A DNA stretch of 53,710 bases, counting the filler, from Perkinsus olseni (Eukaryota), in NCBI GenBank assembly GCA_013115125.1. It is 3 parts of 3 records of this genome, joined end to end, with 100 filler letters (N's around TTAATTAATTAA, not from the genome) between each part and the next. Parts side by side here need not be neighbours in the genome. Positions count along the whole stretch, not along the records: positions 17,978 to 35,837 come from JABANN010000631.1; positions 35,938 to 53,710 come from JABANN010000632.1; 1 more part is not named here. One strand, 5' to 3'. This document shows positions 33,073 to 45,300 of the stretch, piece after piece; positions within the stretch are counted from its first letter, which is position 1; every line of letters starts with the position of its first letter. Position numbers and translations under genes: made by a program. The notes below the pieces were generated by a model. That model worked only from the letters and a program-made list of their open reading frames with translations. It was not told the DNA's origin and made no database searches.

Positions 33073-33483
33073 ACGACTTAACAGTTAAGTCTCAACTCTT
33101 GCGCGAGTTAACAAAGTCAAATATGCAGCCTTGCACCGGCGCTGAGGGAGCTTCCGAGAACTAATTGAAAAAGAAAGAGTCGAAGGAGATTATCTCCTAA
33201 TGATAGGCTAACTGAACGGGGAAAAGGCAACTTGATTGGCGGAATTTTCGGGTCCTGGAGATGATGCTTGTCGACAGAAGAGAATAGCTTCTTGACAATT
33301 TATCTGATTACACTGCATGTAAATGCGACAGAAAGTCTCCAACTGTGCACATTGGCAAGAGTCTAACTAAGCCGGAACCGGCGTAGGACTATAAACTCAC
33401 ACACACACGACTCAACAGTTAAGTCTTAACTCTTGCGCGAGTTAACAACGTCAAATATGTAGCTTGCAGCAGCGCTGAGGGAG
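33073..33483 (+). mobile_element. Short dispersed element (~255 bp) flanked by ~78-bp direct repeats
   Basis: 33073-33150 is near-identical to 33407-33483. The interior matches 51654-52002 and ends in hairpin GCCGGAACCGGC and a (CA)n tail. Confidence 0.65.
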
Positions 33484-35760
33484 TCACAGAGGACAAATCT
33501 TCTCCGGTGAACGGAACATCTAGCGCTTAAAGCGCTGCGCTTTTGTGACCAAAACTTTTCCTTCTGTCATACAGAGATGCGTGAGTAACCTCACGTACGC
33601 ACTTTCCGCCCACAGCTCCCGGGCAACGACTTAAATGGGCTAGTCTCTCGCGGTCTGCCCTCACTGGCAAGCCTCCATCATACATCGATCAGTTGGCCGC
33701 GCGCTCAACTGATGAAGCTGAGGACGGATTTCAACTCCGCTTCTCACGCAAGAATTGCGGCCGAGAGTTGCGACTGTCAACGGTCGGCAGGTAACTTCAT
33801 CGGAACCTTCGAGACGAGTCCCTGAGAACTCCAGGCAAAGGAAGAGTTTTCAGACAGTGCCAGCGTGACGGTGGTACGAGGACGTAGTACGTGCTTGCTC
33901 GTCCGATGCAGTCGTTCTCCGAGAGGTCGGATCCGGCCCGGATCATCCGGGTATTAGCATTGAACAACGTATTGGTATTATGATGATACACGGTTGTTTC
34001 CTGGAAGGTGGCTTTTCGAAGCCTAGAGCGAACACTTGGTGTCTTAGAATTTTTCTTCTAGATACTCTACGTAGGCGTCTTAGCAGGCGAGGGCAATCAT
34101 TGGATGTTTTCGTCTGTCATCGCTGGGTGAGGAAGCTCTAGGTTACTTGACCATAGCATATCGTCGAAGAGGGCACCTGAATCGAGAATCTCGTGAAGGG
34201 GTTCCAAGTCTTGGCTGATCGACGATTCGAAATATTTTCGCTCATTCTCGTTGGAGTCGATGCGTCCGTTCTGTCTGGTTTCTGGTAAGCAGGGCTTGAA
34301 AAGTGCTGTCCGCATCATGAGTCAAATTCATGCGAATAATAATCAAATCCCTGTACTGCTATCGACGGAATCACAGTGAGAAAGCTGGCAATTCCTAGAC
34401 TGTCTACTGCTTCTCCAGGTTGTAGCGATAATAGTCCATGGCATTACGTTTCAGCTAGAGGGAGACTACTCGTATCGATGTAGTACAAGTCGGAATCAAG
34501 ATTCTTGATTCAAGAATTGCATGCAACAATGGATACTTTCGGATCTCGGGTTGGAGAGTTATTCTAACGAATCGTCGATTCGGAATCGACCATAACCGTG
34601 CAAAATTGAGAATGATTGAATCATTATGATTCGTCATCATTGGTTTGTATAAATTCTTTATCCTGCTGATCATCCGTCTTCCCGTTGAATGAAATATACT
34701 GTATCGTCTGAGCAGATTGCTTTTCAGACTATCGCAAATTCGGGCACTCTTCGTAGCTTCATCTTTTCTGTCCGGCCACCTTCGAGAGTCTCGAATCGGG
34801 ACGGAGCGCAACTGGCAGAGGAAGATGATTAAGCTGGCAACTGCCGGCGTGAAAGAGCACTGCGACTCTCTCACAGCAAGTCAGGTCGAGAACGGTTCTC
34901 GGAGTCTCCGAGTGGGAGAACCTGCTCAACAACAGCTCTAAAAGCATCGTGGGATACTTCCTTCGGCAGGGTGAGATAGGCAAAACAATAGGTCACTCGT
35001 GACGAAATAGAGGTTGACTATAAACCGGCTCAGCTCCCTTCGGCTCGGTCGACAGTCACGTGGCAAGTTTCGTGACTCCAGTTAGCTACTGTTATCTACG
35101 CGAGGATGCCGACGAGCTCTCCAAGCTCTTGTGCCACTTGCCCCACCCCTTGTTCGCTGAGGCCGCATGAGAAGATCCACAGTGGACTCGCTGACTCAGC
35201 GACATATCGCGCACTCTTACTCAGCGACGCTGAGTAAGAGTGCGCGATATGTTTTCAAACGTGTTTCTCTTCATGACTGTCCTCAGACTCGCACTAAGCC
35301 GCATGCATTCCACTGCGCTGATGAGTTGGAGGCTGACGCTGCATCCTTCCACAGTACCGACGTAACTTCTTACAGCACTACATTAATGCTGCTTATCAAC
35401 TACTTATCAAGTTCAGCACGATTATCGTATTACGGACCATGTCGTATTACAAGAAGGCAAAACCACGAAGACAACCTGCGACAAAGGCTGGTGGCAAGCT
35501 CACAAACTAGAGGAGAGTGGTATATCTCTCGTTTAAGTATCTTGCTATATCCAGTTGTAACTTTCATCAGGAACACTCAGTCTCAGCGCCCGGCGCTGAG
35601 CGCCGCAAACGAATGAGGAACGCATAAGTAGCGCAAATCACCCGCGTGTATTGCATGGTCTTCTTCCCGACCCTTTTTCAGGCTGGAGGTCAGCAAGATT
35701 GAGGTCCAGCCCGAGGACTCCTCGCCGAGAAGTTGGAGAGTTTACGCTCTACACTGTAGC

Positions 35761-35837
35761 CATGGGCGTAACCAGGGGGGGGCAAAGGGGGGCACCTGCC
35801 CCCCTTTCTGACCGACCGGCCCCACCAGCTGCCCCAG
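35761..35837 (+). mobile_element. Terminus of a probable hAT-like DNA transposon running into the gap
   Basis: CATGGGCGTAACCAGGGGGGGGCAAAGGGGGGCACCTGCCCCCC: a G/C-run subterminal pattern typical of hAT-type ends. Confidence 0.5.
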
Positions 35838-35937
35838 NNNNNNNNNNNNNNNNNNNNNNNNNNNNNNNNNNNNNNNNNNNNTTAATTAATTAANNNNNNN
35901 NNNNNNNNNNNNNNNNNNNNNNNNNNNNNNNNNNNNN
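35838..35937. other. Scaffold gap with TTAATTAATTAA linker
   Basis: 100-nt N run with the same linker as at 17878. Confidence 0.95.
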
Positions 35938-37859
35938 CAACAACTCGCTAATGTGATGATATCATCCTCGACCCCCATATAGGCTACGGCAACGGCAACC
36001 CTATCCGCCAGAGAGACTTTTGAATGGTATAGTGCGAGCAGCGGTAGTTCTATGTCACCATGTAGCCATGGTCACAAGAGATTACTGTTCCTGTTAGCCC
36101 GCGGAGCCCCCTTACTCGAGGATGGCCGGAAGTACCCGCCGAGCTCGGTGATTCTGCAGTGCCCGCCAGTGATTTGGTAAGACGCAAGAGAATTAACTGA
36201 GTTCAGCAAATCTTGGTTTCATCTTCGCAGTCGAGTCGCAAGTGCTACCATAGTGTGAGTGATATTACGTACTTTAGCTGTCGATTTGCCTTTAGCATGT
36301 TCTTTCGGGACGATTCTCTCCGACGAGATGTCGGCATTCTTGCCAATCTCAGATTTTCTGCATCCACGGCATGGGCGAGCATTTCTGGTCCCAGCCGTCG
36401 CAACAGAATGCCGGCTCCCCAGGTGCCTTCGTCGATAGTGTCCGGGAGTTTCGGGAACTTATCAACAGCAGCCGCTCTGATGGAGATGGCAGAATTGAGT
36501 CCGAGGCTCGACCAGTTACGCTATTTGGAGGGGCTTTGCTTCAGATGCATTCCTATAGTGTGGGCAAACATCATCCACGAGGACGACACCGACCTGGTTG
36601 GCCGCGTGAGAGACATAACGCTGCGATCGGTTCCCCTTCTACGTGAGTTCCCCATTCCCGGGAGGAGGCCGTCTATCTCCTTGTCACTTCAGGTTCCCTA
36701 GCGAATGACGTGGCGGCGGACGTCATGTTCTATCAGTCTCCCATCTACGAGACTAAGATCCGTAAAGGAGTCATTAGCAGTATAAACAACGCGGTAAGTA
36801 GAGTCTAGACGCTCCTCGATCGACTAGGGAGGATGTTCTTCTAGGTGAACGAGTATATGGCGGCCGTCGACCACTGTGGTCGGGCAAAGCCGCGAGTTTC
36901 GATACTGGGGCATTCACTAGGATCAGTAATAGCGTATGATATAGTAAAAAATCAGGATAGTGACGAAGTAATAATAACCGATTCGTCCGGCTCATATGTT
37001 CACTAGAGGTACTCCAGTTACCACAAGAATTCCGCCTGACGTCCAATATGGATGTTCACGTTTTGTTCCTCTGTGGCTCACCTCTGCCACTGTTTTTAAC
37101 TTGTCGTGGAGTAGGACGTTCAGATATAGTACCCCTAGTAAGACCGTTCCAGTGGGTGCATCGGGATCTGATCGAGCTTTCTTCAGGCCAACTGTCGTCG
37201 AGTTTACAACGTTTTCAATCCAACAGATCCAGTGGCCTATCGAATAGAGCCACTCATTGATCCTGACTGCAAGGCAGTGAATGCCCATCATGTAATACAG
37301 CCTCCTCCGTGTGACAGAGGCTGGTATGAAGTCGCCAGTTCAGTGTATTCCCCCAAGGTACCCTTCTACAGTGGAGGAGGGGGCGTACAGAAGCACGTAC
37401 AAGTGAAGAGCGCTGTTCAGTCATTCGCCGAATCGGCTTATGAGAGTGGTGTCACCAATGCCCTCATCAAGCCAGTGAAGAACCTGTTAGGCTTCGATGC
37501 GGAGGAGGTAGATGACAAACTCATTGGGGCAGTTGTGCGCACTTTCCTTGTCTTTTCAGAAGAAGAAATACAGCGAAGTTGTGGCGAAAATAAAGAAGTT
37601 TAATCGGTCCGAGAGAATAGACTGGGTAGTTGTTCTACGACTGTGGCCGACGTGATGAGTCACCGCTCAGGTATTGCAAGATTCATTCATAGAGTCCGCG
37701 GGAGAGTATGTTGCTGCTGTGGCAAGCCACTGCAAATATTTCGGCAACCCAGACTATGCGTCTTTCGTCCGAGACAAGATTAGTAGTGATGCTCATGGCA
37801 GTGCTGACGAGTCCGAGAGCATCGAACCAGCTGAATCGGCTGAGTCCATCACAGGCTAA
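35938..37859 (+). CDS. DDHD-domain phospholipase A1 (PA-PLA1/SEC23IP family), 5' end lost in the gap
   Basis: CIPIVW, ITLRSVPLLR-SLANDVAADVMFY, lipase motif SILGHSLGSVIAYD (~36900-36940), FLCGSPLPLFL, YNVFNPTDPVAYRIEPLI, ERIDW-VLQ, VASHCKYF...D. Confidence 0.9.
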
Positions 37860-38827
37860 GATTTTATTACTGTATCCTCATGCCTTTGCAATACTGATTA
37901 AGCTTTCCATTGGCCCCGTTGTTGATTTATCGCTGGGTTGCGGGAGTCAGCGGTGGTCCCCCATCGAGTTGAGCCGCTCCACTCGAAGAGGGGTCGCCGC
38001 TGATTCGCCAGCAAGCCTTGAGCCGAGCGTGGACAGTGTCAGCCTAGCAGACAGGACGGAAATAGCGGATAGTATTCGGAATTTCTGATCTGACAGTCAG
38101 GGAAGGGCTGGTGGTAATCCTGTTCCTGTGATTCTGAGTGCGCATTGACATGGGCGAAGCCACCTACAGTGTCTCTGACATCCCAAACGATCTCGTCGTC
38201 GGGCTGAAGAAAACTGAAGAACCTAGCCAACCCGTAGTATGCTCCCAGCCCCCCATGCAGACCGAGTCTCGTGTTAAGCGTCCAAGGGTTTACTAAGAGC
38301 AGGCATCGGTTTGGCTGAGAGTAGTCGGTGCTTAGTGGGAACTACCCGAACAGATAGAATTCCGAAAATTGATGGTATAAGTGGTGCGATGCAACCTCGA
38401 ATGATGCACGAGTATCGTCCCACTGACAAACTACTCAGCCCCTAGCAGCCCACGTAGCAGCTCCCACTTATATCTCAACTCTCAGATCTCTCGTGGTCGG
38501 AACCAAAGTTCGATTTCCCGCGACTACGGGGCGTAGAGTAGATCTTGAACTCTTGCGTTTTCCTAATCGACCGGCGGCGGGGTGGAAATTCGTGGGTTGC
38601 GCTGCTCGATGCGAATTAAGCTCTTCTTTATCGTGCATTCATAGAATACTTATGACGCATTCACGATCCCTAAGTCTGGGACGCTCTCAGTCAGAAGCCC
38701 CATCGTCGCTTCAACCTTCGACATGAGAAAAATGTGGATGACAGTGGCTCGAGGTCGAATCACCCCGACAAGTGCTGTAGTTTTTTGGCGGTCAAAGTTT
38801 GTGATGTCCTCTCTGAAGAAGAGCGTG

Positions 38828-40618
38828 ATGGGCATTTTCGACCGCTGGAAAGCCTCTACATGCAAAGCCAATTTACAGGTGACTTCCCATCAAAGTGGTC
38901 GCAAACTCGTCTGGGATGTTTTCGAAGTTTTCTTGGCACTCAGTTGGCGGGAAAACGATGCACTCTGCAGCGGAACAAGGTGATCAAGTCCCAGCGAGTG
39001 GCCGAGCGTGAGATAGCGGAGATGCTCAGGCAGGTAGTACCGGATAATGGGTGCACGATTGACAGCGTTATGGCGATGGGTTCTCAGGGTCGTGAGGAGA
39101 AGGCAAGGATCAAGGCCGAGCAGTTGATCGCCAATCAGAAAATGGAGAGCGCCTATGATATTCTGGAGACTCACTGTGAGCTCCTTTACACGAGGATCCA
39201 ATACATCGATCAGTCAAAGGTAATATGGTGACGCGAGAGTGATCTTCTCGAATGGTTTGCTGTCAAGGAATGCCCACCGGATCTCATTTGCCCCGTTGCC
39301 ATTCTTATTTACGCTGAGAAGCGTTTGACGGTTCCGGAGATGGCTAACTGCGTGCGGCAGTTTGAGTTGAAGTATGGCCGCACTTGGTGTCAGCAGCATA
39401 TCGACAACTCCTCCCAGGATGTAGCCCCAAAGCTTGTAGGTAGTAGAGGAATGGGATACTGCCGGAATAGTGTGGCAAGTTTTTCCTGTTCTCAGGCCTG
39501 CTAACGATCTCGCCGCCCAGCGAGTCTATGGTGTTGGACGCTCTTGAGGAGATCGCCAATAAATTTGAGGTAAGTCGATTGGCCCATTGAATGACGACGA
39601 AGAGGCATCCAGGTGGACTGGGAGCGGCCACCGACCATTGAGGAGAAATTAGCGACTGCCCCCGGGGCTCTGAACGTCTCCTCGTTCCCGCCCTTCCCAA
39701 TGCCATCAACGCCGCCAAGTATTACACAGCATCAGCAGCAGGTCTCTCCTAGTGCGAGCGAACCTACAGGTAGGAAGAGTTAGGGGAGGGTTACCTTTTC
39801 TGGGGTGAGAGTCTCATTCTCAGTTTTGCCGGAGACTGCCTCGAGCCCGGATAAGGACAACAGTGGCTTCGTCCCGAATCCAGAAGCGGATGAGATTGAC
39901 TTTGAGGACCTGGAAAAGGAAGAGGAATCTATTAGCAAGCCACGTAAGATACAGAATAGGTTAGAGGAACCTTCTCGCTTGTGCTACCGAGCACCGTGGA
40001 AACTGCTTTTCTTGACAGAACCAGAGCCTGAGGAGCATACGTCGCCCGCGAAGGCCCCATCGGAGGCGAGCTCGCAAGGGACCTCTCGTCGGACAAGTAG
40101 TTGCACAACCTATGGCATCACTATACATTTGTTCTGTCCAGGCTCTCGGCCGAGCATCCCGAACCCATCACCGTTCGCACCTCCTTTGCCTCCGTCTTTA
40201 CGGAAGAAAATCCCTGGCGAAGATGATGAGGAGGACGACCTCCCACCGGCTCGGCCATCTATAAGTGGTCATAGGATATCAAGTAGGGTGGTGTGGCTGT
40301 TCGAGTGGCTCTTCAACACGATCGCACTAGCTTGCCGTTGGCTTCTGCGCTCCGCCTCGTTGAGCTGCTCGGAAGAATCTTGTTGTGAGCTTCTGATCGG
40401 GCATGCTTGAATAGCATGGGTGGCCCATGGGCATCGAGCGAGGGAACTTGCTCTGCTGGAGAACTGGAACTCTGTAGTATAAGGATACTGTTCCAGGTCC
40501 TTCGCGGGTGTCGAGCGTGGTGGGTAAGATAAATGTTGATAAGACAAGTGAAGGGGACAAAGAGGATGCTGAGTTCGATGAGCTCTTGCAGCGGTTCAAT
40601 AAACTCAAGGATACGTAG
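38828..40618 (+). CDS. IST1: IST1 (ESCRT-III-like regulator of Vps4), multi-exon
   Basis: REIAEMLRQGREEKARIKAEQLI...AYDILETHCELLYTRI...ECPPDL...LIYA...VPEM...FELKYG; Pro-rich linker; C-terminal MIM1-like DAEFDELLQRFNKLKDT. Confidence 0.9.
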
Positions 40619-40870
40619 TTTCTTGATTGCGTCGCTCCGCTGTGCTTTTCCTCGGATTTTTGAACATTCGTGAACCTTCAACGGACGACGATTGTAATAT
40701 AATTCCCAGCACGACACTTCTGCACGTTTCGCTCCGCCCACGAACCTGTAGCGTTACGGAACTCTGCCGGACTTTCAGCCGGTCTCGCATTGGTTTTGGT
40801 GTTGTCCGCTCATAGGGGGTGGTGTGACGGCCATAGCGGTCTTGGCGACCTACTTGTGTGAGCCGCTCTT

Positions 40871-42316
40871 ATGAGTTTGGGTGGAGCGTCCGTGCTTTCG
40901 AAGCTTGTGTATGCCTTTTTTCTCTCGCTACGACCCGCGAGGCTGCGAAGCAAGCCTCAGGGTAAGAGCTGCTGGTTTGTGTCCCTCATCGTTTTATGGT
41001 TTCTTCGTAGGGCTTGGAGACGTCATTGGTGGAGAAAACTGAGAAGCTGCGAGAAGTCCAAGCCATGCTGGAGTTGCAGATTCGCGACCTGCTCCCTGAG
41101 GTAGGTATCATTGCGTTTTCTCTGTGCGGAATGGTGATTGGTTTTCAGAGAGAAGGTGCAGCGCAGACACTAGGTGGGAGGTGCTGCCAAATTCCGAGGC
41201 AGATGAAGGCATATGACCTCCTGGCGATGCAGTGCCGGCTCTTGTACGAGCGAATGGCCGAGGTCAATCAATCCAAGGTAGTAGCCATTATTCCCTGGCT
41301 CGTTGCGCTGCTGATTCGATGAAGCTCATCCTGTAGGTATGCCCCTCGGATCTCATCGGGGTGGTGGGTACTATAGTGTACGCCGCGGAGGTAATGGACC
41401 TCGAACATTTGCAAGAGGCTCGTCGGCAACTGGGGCTCAAGTATGGCGAGAAGTTCTGTAGACCCTTCCATGACAGCTGGACTCGTGGAGTTGATCAGAA
41501 CTTTGTTGGTGGGTAACGGGGAATACGACCAGCTTGAGGAGGCCGTCGCAAGGGCATCGAGCGCTGTTGTCTGGTCAGCCCTCATAGCCGTTTATGAGCC
41601 AAGAAAATACGAAGTGTTCGATGTCCTCGAGAAGGTTGCTGTTGCGAACAAGGTAGGTCTATGGCGATTGGTTCTATCAGCTCAGTCTCCTGCCAGATTC
41701 ACTGGACCCGACCAGTGGATACAAGGAGGCCACCAGACCTCTCAGCTCGAATAAGGGCCTCGATATGTGAGGCATTTGAGAGGGGTGGGTATTCTTTGCT
41801 CGACCGCTGAGTAATGCTTAGATAATTCAGCCAGCCCTCGCTCCCTTATGGTCGCAGAGTCCCCGCTCGTGCACTCTGTTGGGAGCAGCCAATGTTCGGG
41901 TTCTCTCACTCACCGGAGGTCCACGCCGAAGCAGGGTATGTCGACTGTGGGAGAGCTAATGAGTAGGGAGCCCCTGGTCAGATGCCCTGGGCGACGAAAC
42001 GCCTCCAGCGTCGCGTTTCGCACCACCTCTGCCACCCCATTTGAGAAAGCGAGTGTCTAACTCCACCAGCTCGGTATCGAACGGGACCCCTCGGAGATCG
42101 ACGGCCAGCTCGACCGCCACTCCACCAACGTGCAGCTCCGTCAAGTCGACCTACAGCGATGGAAGCCTCGTGGCTTACGAGTCTGGCGTGGTGGACGCGA
42201 CGACCCCTCGGGGACAGGCCTGCTACCCCTCGGGTTACGACGTCCCTGTCACGCCTGATGATGTGGCCTATGAAGAGCTGCGACTGCGCCTGGAACGCAT
42301 CCGCCGTGGGTCGTAG
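40871..42316 (+). CDS. Divergent IST1-like paralogue, multi-exon
   Basis: AYDLLAMQCRLLYERMAEVNQSK-VCPSDLIGVVGTIVYAAEVMDLEHL...LGLKYG; C-terminal MIM1-like YEELRLRLERIRR. Confidence 0.8.
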
Positions 42317-42530
42317 AATCCTGTGGGAATATTTCATTTTCATAACCGCGTATTGTAGTGACCGTCAAGTAACTTTGCTACATCTACTTCTATCTTAGTG
42401 ATCCCTGTTGGGAAGAAAGCAACAACGCTCATGTCTGAATCCAAGCGCACAGTCTGTTTCAGGAGATTGATATTGTGTTTTCGCCTCGTGATGGTCTCTA
42501 CTTGGCGGGTTTGTTAGGGTTTGATTTGGT

Positions 42531-43701
42531 ATGCCTGGGAAGCGTCGCGGCCGCCACTACTCGAGGCATGATGCGAAGCGACGGAGAGCGATCGAGAAGG
42601 TGTCTTCGGAAGAAGGGGGCTCGGCAGGCATAGGCACTGAGGCCAGAGGTACGAGGAGCTGGGTCGCTTTAGATTATCAGTAGATAGTTTCTCCCAGTAC
42701 TATCTCCCAGTCTACTAGGTAGTATCAGTCAGGAGAGTATTCTTTTCCTGTAGGCGTGATAATAACGTGTAATCTCCCCAACCGTGTCAAGACTGCCACG
42801 AGGGACATTATTCGGTTATTCGAGCATCACTGGGCTGCCATCAATTCTGATGCCGAGAAGGAGCCCAGCTCGGAGGAGGCAACGGCCAACATCAGCGAGA
42901 GTATCGAGGCCGAGCTGGCTGAGTTGAAGGATGACAAAAACAGGCTTTTCCGATTCGGAGGAGACGTTTGCCGAGGAGTTGTCTTCATCCGCTTCGAGGC
43001 CGGAGTGACGATGCGGCCTTCTGAGTTCGTTCACAGCTTGCTGAAGTCGAAGGACCTCACCGCCCCTAGCAATGTTTGTCGGGTACTGTTTGTCGCGGAT
43101 ACGCCAGGGGTTCGTTCGAGTTTCTCAACGCTTTCAGATTTCCCCTCTGGATATTGTGCGGGCGCCCAACCCTGACTCGTTGAAGGTTATGAGCGAGAAG
43201 TTCGTAGCGGAGCATCTGGGAAAGGAGAGCAAGGGGACAGAGACTTGGAAGATGGAAATCAACAGCCGCAATATGAGTGAGCTTGGATGATCAACTTTGA
43301 ATCGGCAGGCTCTGCGTTGGGATCCTCGTGATGGGGTATCTTGATGTATCCATTAGGTAACATGAAGCGGCAGATGGTCCTGGACTTGGTCAGCCCTTAC
43401 GTGGACGATAGCAAACATGAGGTGTCTATAGTTGGAGCAGAGTTAACTCTCTTAGTGGAGGTAGTCGCAGGGTGCTCGAAGGGTTGAAGGAATGAGTGTC
43501 GAAGTGGGTCTATGTCTTTCTGGGTTTCCCTCTCGTGATACCTACCGTTGCCCTCACCTACTACTGCAGGTGAATCAACTGCTATGTGGGATGAGCCTCT
43601 GCCGAGAGTTTGAGGCCTTGAACAAGTATCACACCGGCAAGTGCCTGGGTTACGGCACCGATGATGAGAAGGACGATGACGATGGGAACGATACTAAGTA
43701 G
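42531..43701 (+). CDS. THUMPD1: THUMP-domain protein (THUMPD1/Tan1-like tRNA-modification adaptor)
   Basis: GVIITCN...SIEAELAELK...CRGVVFIRF...CR-IFPLD...TWKMEINSRN...LLVE-VNQLLCGMSLCREFEALNKYH. Confidence 0.8.
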
Positions 43702-43839
43702 TAATGTGTTTAGGAGTTTCACCAGCTCGGCCGGTTTCCTGTTGTGTTCACAGCGCAGATGGGTGGTCGCTGTCCCCATAGTGTTTTCTCGTAGTAGTTT
43801 TGGTAATCCCTGCTGGTGTTGTTGTTTATACTGTGAACC

Positions 43840-45158
43840 ATGGCTCGCCGTTACGATAGTCGTACCACTACGTTCTCCCCCGAAGGAAGGCTCTATCAGG
43901 TGGGTCGTCGTGTACTCCGTAACACAAGTCTGGTCATAGTCCTTTTCCTGGTGGAACGACCTCGGCTCTTCAGCCATGAGAGCATTGAGGGAGGATCTGT
44001 GATCAGGTTGAGTATGCCATGGAGGCCATCAACAATGCTGGATCGACAGTTGGAGTCCTCGGCAAGCAATGCGTCATCTTGGCTGGTGAGAAGAAGACCA
44101 TAAGGTAGTATGGGGAGGGGCTGTTTTCTCATCTGCTGCGCTCTGCCGCCGCTGGATCGGGGCAAACGACGATTGGTAATTACAATCGCCGTCCTCCTTG
44201 CCCATTAGTTCGTCCGCCCATAATCACAACTCGTAATTATAGTATGGAGATGTTTGTGGCCTCAGTAAACTTCTAGAATCCGGCAAAGCGAGTGAGAAGA
44301 TCTACCCCATCGCCGACCATGTAGTGTGTGCAGTGGCTGGTATCACTAGTGATGCCAATGTTCTCATCAATCAACTGCGACTATCAGCTCAGAGGTAGGA
44401 GGGCTATGGCAGCCCCGAGCGCTGACAGCATTGCCGTGCTCAGGTATCGCTACTCGTATCAAGAACCGATACCTGTTGAAAAACTGGTCACAAGCATTTG
44501 CGATGTTAAACAACAGTAAGCAGGTCTTGTCTATCACTCTTGCCCGACGGTCTCCTCCTTGGCAGGTATACCCAGTTCGGCGGCCTCCGTCCCTTCGGTG
44601 TGTCCTTCCTGTTTGCCGGCTATGATGATCACTACGGATTCCAATTGTCAGTCTCGTTGCTGCCTTGATCGCCCTCCTAGCAGCTGAGGTCCCTCAGATA
44701 CCACACCGATCCTTCGGGAAATCTGAGCGGGTGGAAGGCCACTGCCATCGGCGTCAACAACCAGACAGCTCAGGGAATCCTCAAAACAGACTGGCATGAG
44801 GATATGTCCACTAAGGTCAGCCTGAAAGGATGCCAACTGTTCCATCATTCGTCCAATTTCAGGAATGCCTGGATTTGGTCGCCAAGGTGCTGGTGAAGTC
44901 CATGGACACAGCCACTCCTACGGCTGAGACCCGTAAGCACGGCGGGTTCACCCTATCGGGTTTGCCGGGCGAACGTTTTTGCTCTCAGTTGAGTTCGGTG
45001 TCCTGACTCTGAACAAGGACAAGGAGGTCGCCTTCCGAATGCTGACTGATGATGAGATCAACACCCTCATGGCGGCCGCCAAGCCTGAGAAGCCTGAGGG
45101 TAAGTGCTCTACTGCGGCCGTCGATTTTGGTATCCATTCCTCCGCAGATGAGGAGTAA
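43840..45158 (+). CDS. PSMA4: 20S proteasome subunit alpha type-4 (alpha3/Pre9)
   Basis: [32 protein letters not shown]...[13 protein letters not shown]...[20 protein letters not shown]...[16 protein letters not shown]. Confidence 0.96.
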
Positions 45159-45300
45159 TAAACACCGTCACCTGTAGTTGTGAGTACTGGAAAGGCTGAT
45201 CACCTGCCTTTTTAATGACACCGTTTCGTTATATCTGGGCTGTTGTGTTGGTAATAACCCTGAGGGGCCTCTTCCGTCCTATCAGTGGCCTCTGTGAGCT

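Noticed and set aside
33797..35616. Several medium ORFs in an AT-richer stretch
   Set aside because: No transposase, RT or other motif recognised; probably decayed sequence.
36060..36080. GTAGCCAT resembling the start of the perkinsid/dinoflagellate spliced leader
   Set aside because: Only a short partial match; no TGGCTCAAG end or SL RNA structure. No SL gene was found in the window.
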